27,441 nucleotides of DNA. Source: Opitutales bacterium. Its GTDB lineage: Bacteria; Verrucomicrobiota; Verrucomicrobiia; Opitutales; UBA953. Position 1 is the first letter of the stretch; the number at the start of each line of letters is the position of its first letter. Positions 1-9,417 of the stretch are shown one piece after another. The stretch covers positions 108,246 through 135,686 of the forward strand of contig JBBAUX010000005.1 of the NCBI GenBank assembly GCA_040398005.1, in the 5' to 3' direction. The position numbers and the translations under genes are program-made. The notes beneath the pieces were generated by a model, which saw only the letters and a list, made by a program, of their open reading frames with translations, searched no databases and was not told the origin of the DNA.

Positions 1-1007
1 GCAACCGTTTTTTCAACGGCGAGTTCGATAGCCTTAGCTTCTGTTTCTAAGCCGAAAGAGTGACGAAGCATCAGCGCTGCGGAAAGAACTTGAGCACAAG
101 GATTCGCTTTGTCTTGCCCGGCAATGTCAGGCGCTGTGCCGCCCGAAGGCTCATAGAGTCCATAACCTTTGCCGTGACGATTGATATCCATGCCGAGTGA
201 GGCCGAAGCCATCATACCAAGGGATCCACAAACGACGGCCATTTCGTCAGATAAAATATCGCCAAACATGTTTTCAGTCAGGACGACATCAAACTGTCCA
301 GGGCGAAGCACTAACTGCATTGCCGCATTATCAATGTAGATGAAGGCTAAAGTGATATCGGGTGCCTTTTCTTTAACGCGGTCAGCCACTACTTTTCTCC
401 AGAGCACCGAGGTTTCAAGCACATTGGCTTTGTCTACTAAGGTGATGTGTTTGCGGCGCGCACGGGCCGTCGCAATCGCTACATCGGTGATGCGTTCAAT
501 TTCCGATTTACGATAAACCATCGTATCAATCGCTTCAATATCACCATCAGGTAAGGTGGTGGTTGATTTCGCACCGAAATAAAGTCCGCCCGTGAGCTCA
601 CGAATGCACACCATGTCGACGCCGCTAGGAATACGATCCGGACGAATGGGCGATGTCTCGATTAAATTCTTAAGCAATAAACCGGGACGAACATTCGCGA
701 AGAGTCGGAAATGTTTTCTTAAAGGTAAAAGAGAAGCGCGCTCGGGTTGTTCTTTGGGGGGGAGTTTTTCCCACTTAGGTCCACCGACTGATCCAAATAA
801 AATCGCATCCGCTTTGCGGCAGGCTTCCAACGTGGAGTCGGGCAAGGCCTTACCGTGATTATCAATTCCTGCACCACCGACGTCATGCGTCGAGTGCTCA
901 AGCGTGTGACCCGATTTCTTGAGCACAGCTTCGAGTACAGGCAAAGCCACGGCCATGACTTCAGGGCCGATGTAGTCGCCAGGCAGAATTGCAATTTTTA
1001 GGTGCAT
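1..1007 (-). CDS. leuB: 3-isopropylmalate dehydrogenase (3' end runs off the window edge)
   Basis: Manual translation from ATG at 1007: MHLKIAILPGDYIGPEV...LFGSVGGP...RELTGGLYFG...DKANVL...YIDNAAMQLV...TENMFGDILSDE...YEPSGGTAPDIAGQDKANP. No stop before position 1, so it is absent from the ORF track. Confidence 0.97.
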   Translation of the reverse strand, partial: MHLKIAILPGDYIGPEVMAVALPVLEAVLKKSGHTLEHSTHDVGGAGIDNHGKALPDSTLEACRKADAILFGSVGGPKWEKLPPKEQPERASLLPLRKHFRLFANVRPGLLLKNLIETSPIRPDRIPSGVDMVCIRELTGGLYFGAKSTTTLPDGDIEAIDTMVYRKSEIERITDVAIATARARRKHITLVDKANVLETSVLWRKVVADRVKEKAPDITLAFIYIDNAAMQLVLRPGQFDVVLTENMFGDILSDEMAVVCGSLGMMASASLGMDINRHGKGYGLYEPSGGTAPDIAGQDKANPCAQVLSAALMLRHSFGLETEAKAIELAVEKTV

Positions 1008-1072
1008 AGAGGAAAGAAAATAAGGCAAAGCTCGGTCCCAAGTGCAAGGACAAGCGATAAGCTGTGAATAAT

Positions 1073-1330
1073 TTAATTCTTCGGCATCGGACCCGATCCG
1101 AACCCACCACGTACATCGACTACATACCAGGCTTCTACTTTCTCACGTGCCCAAGGCGTGCGACGCAGAAAAGTAAGGCTGGATTTAATAGAAGGATCAT
1201 AGGTGAAACAACGAATGGGGATACGATTACCCATTTCCTGCCAGCCATATTTATTCTGTAAATATTCGAGAACTTTTTGCAGGGTGACCCCATGAAGTGG
1301 GTCGCGCGGGTGTTGCGAAGGCGAAGTCAT
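1073..1330 (-). CDS. VF530/DUF2132-family small putative DNA-binding protein
   Basis: DPLHGVTL...YGW.EMG.RIPIRCF..DPSIKSSL.FLRRTPWAREKVE matches the family signature. It lies co-directionally between hemB and leuB. Confidence 0.88.
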   Translation of the reverse strand: MTSPSQHPRDPLHGVTLQKVLEYLQNKYGWQEMGNRIPIRCFTYDPSIKSSLTFLRRTPWAREKVEAWYVVDVRGGFGSGPMPKN

Positions 1331-1337
1331 ACTAACC

Positions 1338-2336
1338 TTATTGTCTGTCCTTGGCGAAGGCCTCTGCGAAATAAGTTAAAATCAAATCGGCACCGGCGCG
1401 ACGAATGGCGAGAAGGGATTCATCGCGGGTAGCTTTAAGATTGAGCCAGCCCTTTTCGGCGGCCGCATGAATTTGTGCATACTCACCAGAAACTTGATAG
1501 GCTGCAATCGGGAGTGCGGATGATTCACGAACATCGCGAATGATGTCTAAATAAATTCCTGCTGGCTTAACCATTAAGATATCTGCGCCTTCGAAGTCAT
1601 CTAAATGCGCCTCGCGGATCGATTCGCGACGATTGGCTGGGTTGATTTGATAAGTAGCTTTAGAGAGAGATTCACCCGATTTTCTAGTGCTACCGACGGC
1701 ATCGCGGAATGGTCCGTAATAGGCCGAAGCGAATTTTGCAGAGTAGGCGAGGATGCCTGTTTGAGTCAGGCCATTCTGATCAAGTGCCTTGCGGATAGCA
1801 TTAACGCGCCCGTCCATCATATCCGACGGCGCAACAAAGTCCGCTCCAGCTTGAGCCGTGAGCACCGACATCTTAACCAATGCATCAACGGTTTTATCAT
1901 TATCTACATCGGTCTTTGCACTATTTAAAATTCCATCGTGTCCGTGTGTGGTATAAGGATCCAAAGCGATATCCGCGAAGACAACCATCTCTGGACATTT
2001 CTGTTTTACTTCACGAATGGCACGCAGCGCGAGGTTGTTTGAATTATGTGCCTCTGCTCCGTCGGCCGATTTTTTACTTTCATCAACTTTTGGGAATGGT
2101 GCGATACCATGAATTCCTAATTTAAGTAACTCATGACATTTCGCAGCGAGTTGTGAAAGTGGAATGCGATTAATTCCTGGGAGGGAAGGAATCGGTTCTA
2201 AGCTTTCACCCTCCGTGACAAAAATAGGCTGAATGAGATGGCGAGGCTCGACAGAAATTTCTGTGAGCATGGTACGAATGCCAGCGGTAGCACGTAGACG
2301 ACGTAAGCGAGTAGATGGGTCGAGTGATTCCGACAT
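1338..2336 (-). CDS. hemB: Porphobilinogen synthase (delta-aminolevulinate dehydratase), Asp-type (non-Zn) active site
   Basis: RLRRLR N-terminus, DIALDPYTTHGHDG, APSDMMDGR, YSAKFASAYYGPFRDA, ADILMVKP, AYQVSGEY. Confidence 0.97.
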   Translation of the reverse strand: MSESLDPSTRLRRLRATAGIRTMLTEISVEPRHLIQPIFVTEGESLEPIPSLPGINRIPLSQLAAKCHELLKLGIHGIAPFPKVDESKKSADGAEAHNSNNLALRAIREVKQKCPEMVVFADIALDPYTTHGHDGILNSAKTDVDNDKTVDALVKMSVLTAQAGADFVAPSDMMDGRVNAIRKALDQNGLTQTGILAYSAKFASAYYGPFRDAVGSTRKSGESLSKATYQINPANRRESIREAHLDDFEGADILMVKPAGIYLDIIRDVRESSALPIAAYQVSGEYAQIHAAAEKGWLNLKATRDESLLAIRRAGADLILTYFAEAFAKDRQ

Positions 2337-2399
2337 CGGAGGGTTGAGTTAGTCGAGTCGCTGTCGAAGGGCAAGGCGAAGGGCAGAGTTCGACCTTCG

Positions 2400-2449
2400 A
2401 GACACAGATTGACTGTGACACTTTGTCAAAATGCCCAGTCACCGTGTCT
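2400..2449. promoter_or_regulatory. Nested palindromes; candidate activator (bEBP) binding site upstream of dnaK
   Basis: TGACA-CTT-TGTCA at 2416-2428 sits inside a larger imperfect inverted repeat (AGACAC..TGACTG / CAGTCA..GTGTCT), about 50-100 bp upstream of the sigma54-like element. Confidence 0.45.
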
Positions 2450-2499
2450 TAAACCCATGCTGTATTCGATAAAAACCTCAATTTTATGGGTATTTATCG

Positions 2500-2515
2500 T
2501 TGGCACATGCCCTGC
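2500..2515 (+). promoter_or_regulatory. sigma54 (RpoN) -24/-12 promoter for dnaK
   Basis: TTGGCAC-ATGCC-CTGC has exact GG-N10-GC spacing and one mismatch to TGGCAC-N5-TTGC. It ends 30 bp before the dnaK ATG. Confidence 0.6.
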
Positions 2516-2545
2516 CATAGTATGACAAACCCAAAACAATAAACT

Positions 2546-4474
2546 ATGAGTAAAATAATCGGAATCGATCTCGGAACTACCAACTCCTGTATGGCCATCC
2601 TGGAAGCAGGTGAAGCTGTCGTCATCGCCAATTCAGAAGGCGCACGTACGACGCCTTCAGTCGTCGCCTTCACTAAGACAGGTGAAGTCCTCGTCGGCCA
2701 AGCGGCGAAGCGCCAAGCGGTCACCAACCCGAAGAACACCGTTTTCTCGGCGAAGCGCCTCATCGGTCGCAAATTCTCCGAAGTTAAAAATATCGCCTCC
2801 AAACTTCCTTATAAGGTTGTTGAAGGAAAAAATGGCGACGCTGCTATCGAATGCGATGTCGAAGGAAAACCTCGCGTCTTTGCCCCTGAAGAAATCGCGG
2901 CAAAAGTTTTAGCCAAACTCAAGGCCGATGCCGAAGCTTACCTCGGTGAAAAAGTTACCCAGGCCGTGATCACAGTGCCCGCATACTTTAACGACTCCCA
3001 ACGTCAGGCTACCAAAGACGCCGGTACCATCGCCGGTTTAGAAGTGCTTCGTATTGTGAACGAGCCAACCGCTGCATCCTTGGCTTATGGTTTAGACAAG
3101 AAGGGTGATGAGAAAATCGCGGTTTACGATTTAGGTGGTGGAACGTTCGACGTCTCGATTCTCGAAATCGGTGGTGGTGTTTTCGAAGTTAAAGCAACCA
3201 ACGGCGACACCGAACTCGGTGGCGACAATTGGGACGAACGCATTATCCAATGGCTTATTGATGGATTCCGTGCTGAACAAGGAATCGATCTTTCGAAAGA
3301 TCCGATGGCTCGTCAGCGACTGAAAGAAGAAGCAGAAAAAGCGAAGATTGCTTTATCCTCTTCGAACTCAGTCGATATCAACTTACCGTTTATCACGGCC
3401 GATGCGACTGGTCCAAAGCACCTTAACGTCACTCTCACCCGCGCCCAAATGGAAAAGGTCTGTGATGATCTTTCCGAGCGCACCAGAAAGCCTTTCGAAA
3501 GCTGCTTAAAGGATGCAGGCCTTTCGATTAGTGAAGTCGATGAACTCGTCTTGGTCGGTGGGATGACTCGTATGCCTAAGATTAACGACATCGCTCGTTC
3601 ACTCGCTGGCAAAGATCCACACAAAGGTGTGAACCCTGACGAAGTCGTTGCGATTGGCGCTGCTATTCAGGCCGGTGTTTTGAAGGGCGACGTCAAAGAC
3701 GTTCTCTTGCTCGACGTTACACCGTTAACCTTGTCGATTGAAACCATGGGCGGTGTATCGACCGCGATGATTGATCGTAACACCACGATTCCTACCAAGA
3801 AATCACAAGTGTACTCCACGGCCGCCGATAATCAGCCCGCTGTAGATATTGTTATTCTCCAAGGTGAACGTCCGATGGCTAAAGATAATAAACACCTCGG
3901 TACATTTAAGCTCGATGGCATTATGCCTGCAGCACGTGGTACTCCACAAATTGAAGTGACCTTTGATATCGATGCGAACGGTATCTTGCACGTCAGCGCG
4001 ACGGATAAAGGAACTGGCAAAGCTCAAAAGATTTCCATCACGGGATCTTCGGGTCTCTCGAAAGAAGAAGTTGAGAAGCTCCGTAAGGAAGCCGAACTCC
4101 ATGCCGATGAAGATAAGAAAGCTCGTGAGGGTGCCGAAGCTCGCAATCAACTCGACGCCATTATCTTCCAAGGTGAAAAACAAATCAAAGAAAACGGCGA
4201 CAAGTTCCCTGGCGAAACCAAGGCCCAAGCCGAAGCTGCGATTAAGGAAGGTCAAGAGCTCCTCAAGAAACCTGAAGCCACCGCTGAAGAGTTCCAAAAG
4301 GCGCACGAAGCCATCATCAAGCCACTCAGCGAAGCCGCTCAGGCAATTTACGCTGACGCCGCGAAACAAGCCGAAGCTAACCCTCAAGGTGGCGCCGAAG
4401 CTAAAGACGGAAAAGCGAAAGATGGCAAAGTGGTCGACGGTGACTTCGAGGTTGTCGACGACGGTAAGAAATAA
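2546..4474 (+). CDS. dnaK: Molecular chaperone DnaK (Hsp70)
   Basis: [55 protein letters not shown]-terminal VVDGDFEVV. Confidence 0.99.
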   Translation: MSKIIGIDLGTTNSCMAILEAGEAVVIANSEGARTTPSVVAFTKTGEVLVGQAAKRQAVTNPKNTVFSAKRLIGRKFSEVKNIASKLPYKVVEGKNGDAAIECDVEGKPRVFAPEEIAAKVLAKLKADAEAYLGEKVTQAVITVPAYFNDSQRQATKDAGTIAGLEVLRIVNEPTAASLAYGLDKKGDEKIAVYDLGGGTFDVSILEIGGGVFEVKATNGDTELGGDNWDERIIQWLIDGFRAEQGIDLSKDPMARQRLKEEAEKAKIALSSSNSVDINLPFITADATGPKHLNVTLTRAQMEKVCDDLSERTRKPFESCLKDAGLSISEVDELVLVGGMTRMPKINDIARSLAGKDPHKGVNPDEVVAIGAAIQAGVLKGDVKDVLLLDVTPLTLSIETMGGVSTAMIDRNTTIPTKKSQVYSTAADNQPAVDIVILQGERPMAKDNKHLGTFKLDGIMPAARGTPQIEVTFDIDANGILHVSATDKGTGKAQKISITGSSGLSKEEVEKLRKEAELHADEDKKAREGAEARNQLDAIIFQGEKQIKENGDKFPGETKAQAEAAIKEGQELLKKPEATAEEFQKAHEAIIKPLSEAAQAIYADAAKQAEANPQGGAEAKDGKAKDGKVVDGDFEVVDDGKK

Positions 4475-4491
4475 TCTCTCATAATGTTCTT

Positions 4492-4528
4492 AAAAGGGCC
4501 AGCCAACCAGCTGGCCCTTTTTGTTTTT
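4492..4528 (+). terminator. Rho-independent terminator after dnaK
   Basis: AAAAGGGCCAGC-CAACCA-GCTGGCCCTTTT followed by TGTTTTT. Confidence 0.88.
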
Positions 4529-4577
4529 ATATCGCTCAGCCGTTGACCAAATGCCGTAGCTGTGTTGGTTTTGAAGT

Positions 4578-5855
4578 GTGAAATCTTCCGAGCAGTTATT
4601 CCAAGAAGCCCTAGCGATGATTCCGGGTGGGGTTAATTCTCCCGTGCGAGCCTTTCGCTCGGTCGGTGGAATACCTTTTTTCACGAAGTCGGCCAACGGT
4701 GCGCGCTTAACGACCGTAGATAATAAGCAACTGATTGATTTCGTTTTAACCTGGGGGCCAGCGATTCACGGACACAACGATCCGGAAATTAGAAAGGCGA
4801 TCCAAGAGGCCTTGGAGGCTGGAACGAGTTTTGGTACACCTAATCCTCTCGAAGTTGAAATGGCTAAACTGATTTTAGAATGCGTGCCAGCAGTTAAAAA
4901 AGTACGGATGACTAATAGTGGGACCGAAGCAACGATGTCGGCTATTCGCTTGGCTCGCGGTTACACGGGCCGCGAAAAAATTATTAAATTTTCCGGATGT
5001 TATCATGGTCATGTTGATTCTCTTTTGGTAAAAGCTGGCTCGGGCGCGCTCACCCAGGGAAATCCCGATTCAGCAGGCGTGACGAAGGGTACAGCGGCTG
5101 ATACGTTGGTGGCTGAATATAATAATTTACCCGATGTAGAAAAAATCTTTGAAGCCAATCCCGGTGCTATCGCGGGTGTGATAATCGAGCCTTATCCTGC
5201 GAACGTTGGATTAATTTTACCGCAAAAAGGCTTTCTCGAAGGCCTGCGAAATCTTTGTACCAAACACGGTGCCGTATTAATTTTTGATGAAGTGATGACC
5301 GGCTTCCGACTTTCACTAGCGGGCACTCAGGGATTACATAACGTCGTGCCTGACTTAGTTTGTTTAGGAAAGATTATTGGTGGTGGGCTTCCGGTTGGAG
5401 CTTTCGGTGGTAAGGCGGAGATCATGGATAAACTCGCGCCGCTGGGTCCGGTTTATCAAGCTGGCACACTCAGTGGAAATCCGCTCGCTATGGCGGCTGG
5501 TTTAGCAGCAGTCAGAAAATTAAAACGTGAAAATCCTTATCAGAGACTAGACCAACTTGGTATAAAAGTTCGCGATACCTTATTGTCTGCGGCGAAGGCC
5601 AAAGGAATTCCACTGCACGTACCTCAAGTGGGTTCAATGTTCTCATTATTTTTCAATCCCGAGGTAGTTAACAATTACGATCAAGCGATTGCGTCGAACG
5701 GTGACCTTTATCGTAAAGTATTTCGTTATGCTTTAGATCATGGGGTGTATTTAGCACCTTCGCCTTATGAGACGGCCTTTTTATCGACCGCTCACGAAGG
5801 GGTCGACATTGACCAAGCCTGTGCTACATTGGATTCAGCAATTCGTTCACTTTAA
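4578..5855 (+). CDS. hemL: Glutamate-1-semialdehyde 2,1-aminomutase
   Basis: [60 protein letters not shown] (PLP lysine), [13 protein letters not shown] start. Confidence 0.98.
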   Translation: MKSSEQLFQEALAMIPGGVNSPVRAFRSVGGIPFFTKSANGARLTTVDNKQLIDFVLTWGPAIHGHNDPEIRKAIQEALEAGTSFGTPNPLEVEMAKLILECVPAVKKVRMTNSGTEATMSAIRLARGYTGREKIIKFSGCYHGHVDSLLVKAGSGALTQGNPDSAGVTKGTAADTLVAEYNNLPDVEKIFEANPGAIAGVIIEPYPANVGLILPQKGFLEGLRNLCTKHGAVLIFDEVMTGFRLSLAGTQGLHNVVPDLVCLGKIIGGGLPVGAFGGKAEIMDKLAPLGPVYQAGTLSGNPLAMAAGLAAVRKLKRENPYQRLDQLGIKVRDTLLSAAKAKGIPLHVPQVGSMFSLFFNPEVVNNYDQAIASNGDLYRKVFRYALDHGVYLAPSPYETAFLSTAHEGVDIDQACATLDSAIRSL

Positions 5856-5860
5856 TCACC

Positions 5861-6661
5861 ATGGCTAAACTTTCATTCATCGGAGCAGGGCGTATGGCTG
5901 GGGCTATCGTGCGCGGTCTCATTCGCTCTGGTGCCTGTTTGCCTGGCGATATCAAGATCATCGGCGGTGCCAATCATTCAGCAAAAGATTTAGCCAAGGA
6001 AACGGGCGTAATCATCGCCACCAGCGCGGAAGATTTATTTGCGGGTGCGGATGCGGTTGTGGTCGCCTGTAAGCCACAACAGTTTCCGATGCTCAATGAG
6101 TCCTATGGGAAATTAGCAAAAGATAAATTAGTCTTATCGGTTTTAGCGGGAACGCGTTTGGCGACACTCACACAATTTTTTAGTTCATCCCGGAATGTTG
6201 TACGGACAATGCCAAATACACCTGGAGCGATTGGTAAGGGTGTGACCGCGCTTTGCTCTGCGAAAACTCTTACCACCAGTGATAGGGCGATTGTGTCAGC
6301 CATTTGTGATGGCTTAGGGATGACTTTAGAAATCCCTGAAAACATGTTCGATGCGGTGACTGCTGTCTCCGGCAGTGGCCCTGGATTTTTCTTTGAAACC
6401 ATTTCAGCCTATGAAGAAGCTGCTGTGGAACTTGGATTTACGCCGGTGCAAGCACAGTTGCTCGTCAGACAAACATTCATCGGTTCACTCGCCTTATTGC
6501 AGTCGACCCAAGAGACGCCTGAAAATTTACGCAATCAAGTCACCTCGCCTGGTGGAACGACTAAAGCAGGTTTAGAGGCTCTCTCTAAGAATCAATTCCG
6601 CGAGACGATTAAGGCTGCCTTATTAGCCGCTAAGAATCGCTCCGAAGAACTTGGGAGGTAG
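5861..6661 (+). CDS. proC: Pyrroline-5-carboxylate reductase
   Basis: FIGAGRMA nucleotide-binding motif, ACKPQ, RTMPNTP, AVTAVSGSGP, VTSPGGTT. Confidence 0.97.
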   Translation: MAKLSFIGAGRMAGAIVRGLIRSGACLPGDIKIIGGANHSAKDLAKETGVIIATSAEDLFAGADAVVVACKPQQFPMLNESYGKLAKDKLVLSVLAGTRLATLTQFFSSSRNVVRTMPNTPGAIGKGVTALCSAKTLTTSDRAIVSAICDGLGMTLEIPENMFDAVTAVSGSGPGFFFETISAYEEAAVELGFTPVQAQLLVRQTFIGSLALLQSTQETPENLRNQVTSPGGTTKAGLEALSKNQFRETIKAALLAAKNRSEELGR

Positions 6662-6670
6662 ATGGGGCAG

Positions 6671-6745
6671 GGTAGAGACGCGACTGCGTCGCGTCCTCGC
6701 ATCTCCCCTCGTCACCGTGTCACCTTGCCCACGTGTCCCCTCAAT
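6671..6745 (-). repeat. Composite repeat copy 1 (GTAG-hairpin REP plus 5 degenerate octamers)
   Basis: Reverse complement of 6671-6742 matches 12327-12398 at 64/72 nt by manual alignment. Contains GTAG followed by GACGCGAC-TGC-GTCGCGTC. Fills the gap between convergent proC and rhodanese genes. Confidence 0.9.
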
Positions 6746-6747
6746 AA

Positions 6748-7275
6748 TTATTTATTCCAAGGGGCGCGGGCCATGAGGAGTCCCATGCCGCACCAATCAG
6801 TAATTCCCGCAAAAATAAGTCCGGCGCCGATAAAAGCACTGAGGAAATAAAAATTGGGATTAACGAAATATCCGAGTGCTACACCTAGACAAATTATACT
6901 TCCAGCACCGATGCGCACTTGTCGCTCAATAGAAATCACTGCCTCTCCGCCTTTTTCAATGGGAAGATTCGCTTCAACGCAGGCATTAGTTCCACCTTCG
7001 ACCACGAGAAGATTGAATGATCCCGCTTGAAGAATTTCCGCAGCTTTGCGTGCACGCCCACCTTTTCCACAAAGTAAAATAATGGCCGGATTTTGTTTAT
7101 CACCAATGAGTTTTTGGACGTCAGCGCAACTGATGGTATTTAAAGGTAGATTGACGGCGCCTTGAACACGCAGGCTGCGGTATTCCGCAGGCGATCTGAC
7201 ATCGACTAAAATTTTATCATGTCCCTCGAGCTTCTGTAATTGCTCAACAGAGATGACTTTAAATTTTTCACTCAT
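6748..7275 (-). CDS. Rhodanese-like domain protein with C-terminal DUF2892 membrane domain (YgaP-like)
   Basis: LVDVRSPAEY...GAVNLPL, active-site loop LLCGKGGRA, VVEGG, then SIERQVRIGAG...GAGLIFAGITDWCGMGLLMARAPWN. Confidence 0.9.
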   Translation of the reverse strand: MSEKFKVISVEQLQKLEGHDKILVDVRSPAEYRSLRVQGAVNLPLNTISCADVQKLIGDKQNPAIILLCGKGGRARKAAEILQAGSFNLLVVEGGTNACVEANLPIEKGGEAVISIERQVRIGAGSIICLGVALGYFVNPNFYFLSAFIGAGLIFAGITDWCGMGLLMARAPWNK

Positions 7276-7276
7276 T

Positions 7277-8938
7277 TTAGGAGAGGCGATTGACGGCGCT
7301 GACTAGTGCTTTGAGGCCAGCGATTTCAATGTTCGGATCGACGCCACAGCCCCAAACGGTCTTGCCGCTATCGGACTGTAATGAAACATAAGCAGCAGCC
7401 GAGGATTCTTCGCCGGAGGATAAAGCGTGTGAGCGGTAATCGCGCAAGGTGAACTTAGCCCAACCTTTATTCGCAATGGCATGAACCAAGGCGCTGATCG
7501 GACCATTACCTTGGCCTTCAATATTCATTTTTTCTCCGCGGTATTTTACTTCAGCGGTGCACTTCACTGATTCCTTGCTGGTGGACTGGGTGTTGAAATC
7601 AATTAACTCAAGGGGCTTAGAAATATTCACGAAATCTAAACGAAATTTTTCGTGAATTTCTTTAGGCGATAATTCGCGTCCTAAGCTATCGGCGTATTGT
7701 CCGATGGTATTGCCCACTTCAGGGTGCATCAACTTAGGTAAATCAAAACCGAACTCGCGGTCTAAAATATAGGCGACTCCACCTTTACCGCTTTGGGAAT
7801 TAATACGAATGATGGCTTCGTAGGAACGACCAATATCCATGGGGTCGATTGTGAGGTAGGGGACCTGCCAAGCGCTGTGTTCGCCGTCTTTATTGCGACG
7901 ATCCATCCCTTTTTTAATCGCATCTTGGTGTGAGCCAGAAAATGCCGTGAAAACTAAATCGCCAGCGTAGGGGTGACGTTCATGAACGCTCATGCGTGTG
8001 CAGCGTTCGTAGATTTCCCGAATCTGTGGTAGGTTTTTAAAGTTCAACTGAGGATTAATGCCGTGCGAGAACATGTTTAGCCCGACTGTAACGATATCTA
8101 GGTTGCCCGTGCGTTCACCGTTACCAAATAAAGTGCCTTCAACACGATCAGCGCCTGCCATTAAACCTAATTCAGTAGCAGCTACGCCCGTTCCGCGGTC
8201 GTTGTGGGTGTGTAAAGAAACCACGGCACTCGCTCTATTTTGTAAATGAGTGCAGAACCATTCAATCTGATCGGCGTGTGTATTCGGTGTGCCGGCTTCA
8301 ATAGTGAGTGGTAAATTTAAGATAATTTTTCTTTCCGCGGTCGCACCCCAAGCTTTCGAAACCGCTTCACAGACTTCTAAAGCGTATTCTGCTTCAGTTA
8401 AGACGAAGGTTTCTGGGCTAAACTCAAATTGCCAATCCGTATCAGGTAAGGCGTCGGTTAACTCGCGAACCAATTGAGTGCCGGCTACAGCCATTTCCAG
8501 GACTTTTTCTTTCGATAAGCCAAAAACGATTTCGCGTTGGGCCGGATTGGTCGGGGTATAAAGGTGGACGATGGCACGACGGGCACCTTTTAATGACTCG
8601 ATGGTTCGACGGATCAAGTGTTCACGGGCCTGAACTAATACCTGCACGGAAACATCGTTCGGAATTAATTTCTTTTCGATGAGTTCACGCGTGAAGGCAA
8701 ATTCCGTGTCGGAGGCAGAAGGGAATCCAATTTCAATTTCCTTAAAGCCGATATCGCACAACATTTTAAACATCTCTAATTTTTCAGAGACGTTCATCGG
8801 AATCGCTAAGGCCTGATTACCGTCGCGCAAATCGACAGAGCACCAGCGAGGCGCGTGCGTGATTGAGGCGTCGGGCCATTGGCGTTTTTCTAAACGCACC
8901 GTTTGGAAGGGACGGTATTTGGAGCCAGAGTTTTGCAT
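7277..8938 (-). CDS. leuA: 2-isopropylmalate synthase (yeast/actinobacterial-type LeuA)
   Basis: PRWCSVDLRDGNQAL, GFKEIEIGFPSAS, SLHTHNDRGTG, EGTLFGNGERTGN, FSGSHQDAIKKG, IRINSQSGKGG, regulatory-domain GNGPI. Confidence 0.97.
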   Translation of the reverse strand: MQNSGSKYRPFQTVRLEKRQWPDASITHAPRWCSVDLRDGNQALAIPMNVSEKLEMFKMLCDIGFKEIEIGFPSASDTEFAFTRELIEKKLIPNDVSVQVLVQAREHLIRRTIESLKGARRAIVHLYTPTNPAQREIVFGLSKEKVLEMAVAGTQLVRELTDALPDTDWQFEFSPETFVLTEAEYALEVCEAVSKAWGATAERKIILNLPLTIEAGTPNTHADQIEWFCTHLQNRASAVVSLHTHNDRGTGVAATELGLMAGADRVEGTLFGNGERTGNLDIVTVGLNMFSHGINPQLNFKNLPQIREIYERCTRMSVHERHPYAGDLVFTAFSGSHQDAIKKGMDRRNKDGEHSAWQVPYLTIDPMDIGRSYEAIIRINSQSGKGGVAYILDREFGFDLPKLMHPEVGNTIGQYADSLGRELSPKEIHEKFRLDFVNISKPLELIDFNTQSTSKESVKCTAEVKYRGEKMNIEGQGNGPISALVHAIANKGWAKFTLRDYRSHALSSGEESSAAAYVSLQSDSGKTVWGCGVDPNIEIAGLKALVSAVNRLS

Positions 8939-9004
8939 ACGCCGAAGGTATTAGATGAAGGATGAGAAAAAGAGGAGGGCTAGGCGAGCGTGGGTTTTGG
9001 TCTT

Positions 9005-9044
9005 AAAACAAAAAAGCCCGCTTGGAATGTCCAGGCGGGCTTTT
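9005..9044 (-). terminator. Rho-independent terminator after the small basic protein gene
   Basis: Minus strand AAAAGCCCGCCTGGA-CAT-TCCAAGCGGGCTTTTTTGTTTT (one stem mismatch). Confidence 0.82.
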
Positions 9045-9066
9045 CGCAAAAGGGTGCGACCCGGAC

Positions 9067-9225
9067 TTAAGCTTCTGGTTTAGTCTTAGGAAGTTTGGTC
9101 ACGCGCTTGATATCCTTGATGGTACCGCGTTTCTTGAGTAACTCAACGCGCTCGAAGCGTTTGAGAACATTGCGTTTGGCACCAGCTGAACTGGCGCTTG
9201 ATTTGAAACTGTTGTGCTGGGTCAT
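9067..9225 (-). CDS. PVC-superphylum signature small basic protein (52 aa; start reassigned to ATG 9225)
   Basis: MTQHNSFKSSASSAGAKRNVLKRFERVELLKKRG...KLPKTK. The MS/T.H.S...RNVL.R.ER...L...G.....LPK pattern fits the Chlamydiae/Verrucomicrobia/Planctomycetes small basic protein. It has its own terminator. Confidence 0.88.
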   Translation of the reverse strand: MTQHNSFKSSASSAGAKRNVLKRFERVELLKKRGTIKDIKRVTKLPKTKPEA

Positions 9226-9417
9226 GTCCGTAAGAAGTGGAAAGGTGGAGAAAAGGGTTGGAGTGTTCGGGGGCAAGGGGAAAACACTCAAAAATGATAT
9301 TAATTGAATAATTAGACAGTTTGTTGGCCTGGAGTTATGGTTTTACAGCCCCACAGCCCGTTCAATCGATAACCTTTGGGATTGCTGGCTGGGGCGACTC
9401 TGCTGACATCGGTGACG

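Noticed and set aside
2363..2400. CGAAGGGCA direct repeat and TCGAAGG/CCTTCGA inverted repeat upstream of hemB
   Set aside because: Short, unique to this site and not assignable to any function from sequence alone.
2500..2526. CIRCE (HrcA operator) before dnaK
   Set aside because: Only TTGGCAC resembles the left arm; the right arm GAGTGCTAA is absent at 9-nt spacing.
2494..4484. Antisense and alternate-frame ORFs over dnaK (e.g. 3803-4387, 3963-4484, 2610-2912)
   Set aside because: Shadow ORFs from the biased codon usage of a highly expressed gene; long antisense frames are well known for Hsp70 genes.
6662..6850. 62-aa ORF after proC
   Set aside because: It is a translation of the repeat element plus the antisense of the rhodanese gene.
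8939..9004. Leucine attenuator leader upstream of leuA
   Set aside because: A pyrimidine-rich stretch contains some Leu codons, but there is no start codon in frame and no terminator between it and leuA. The nearby hairpin belongs to the upstream gene.
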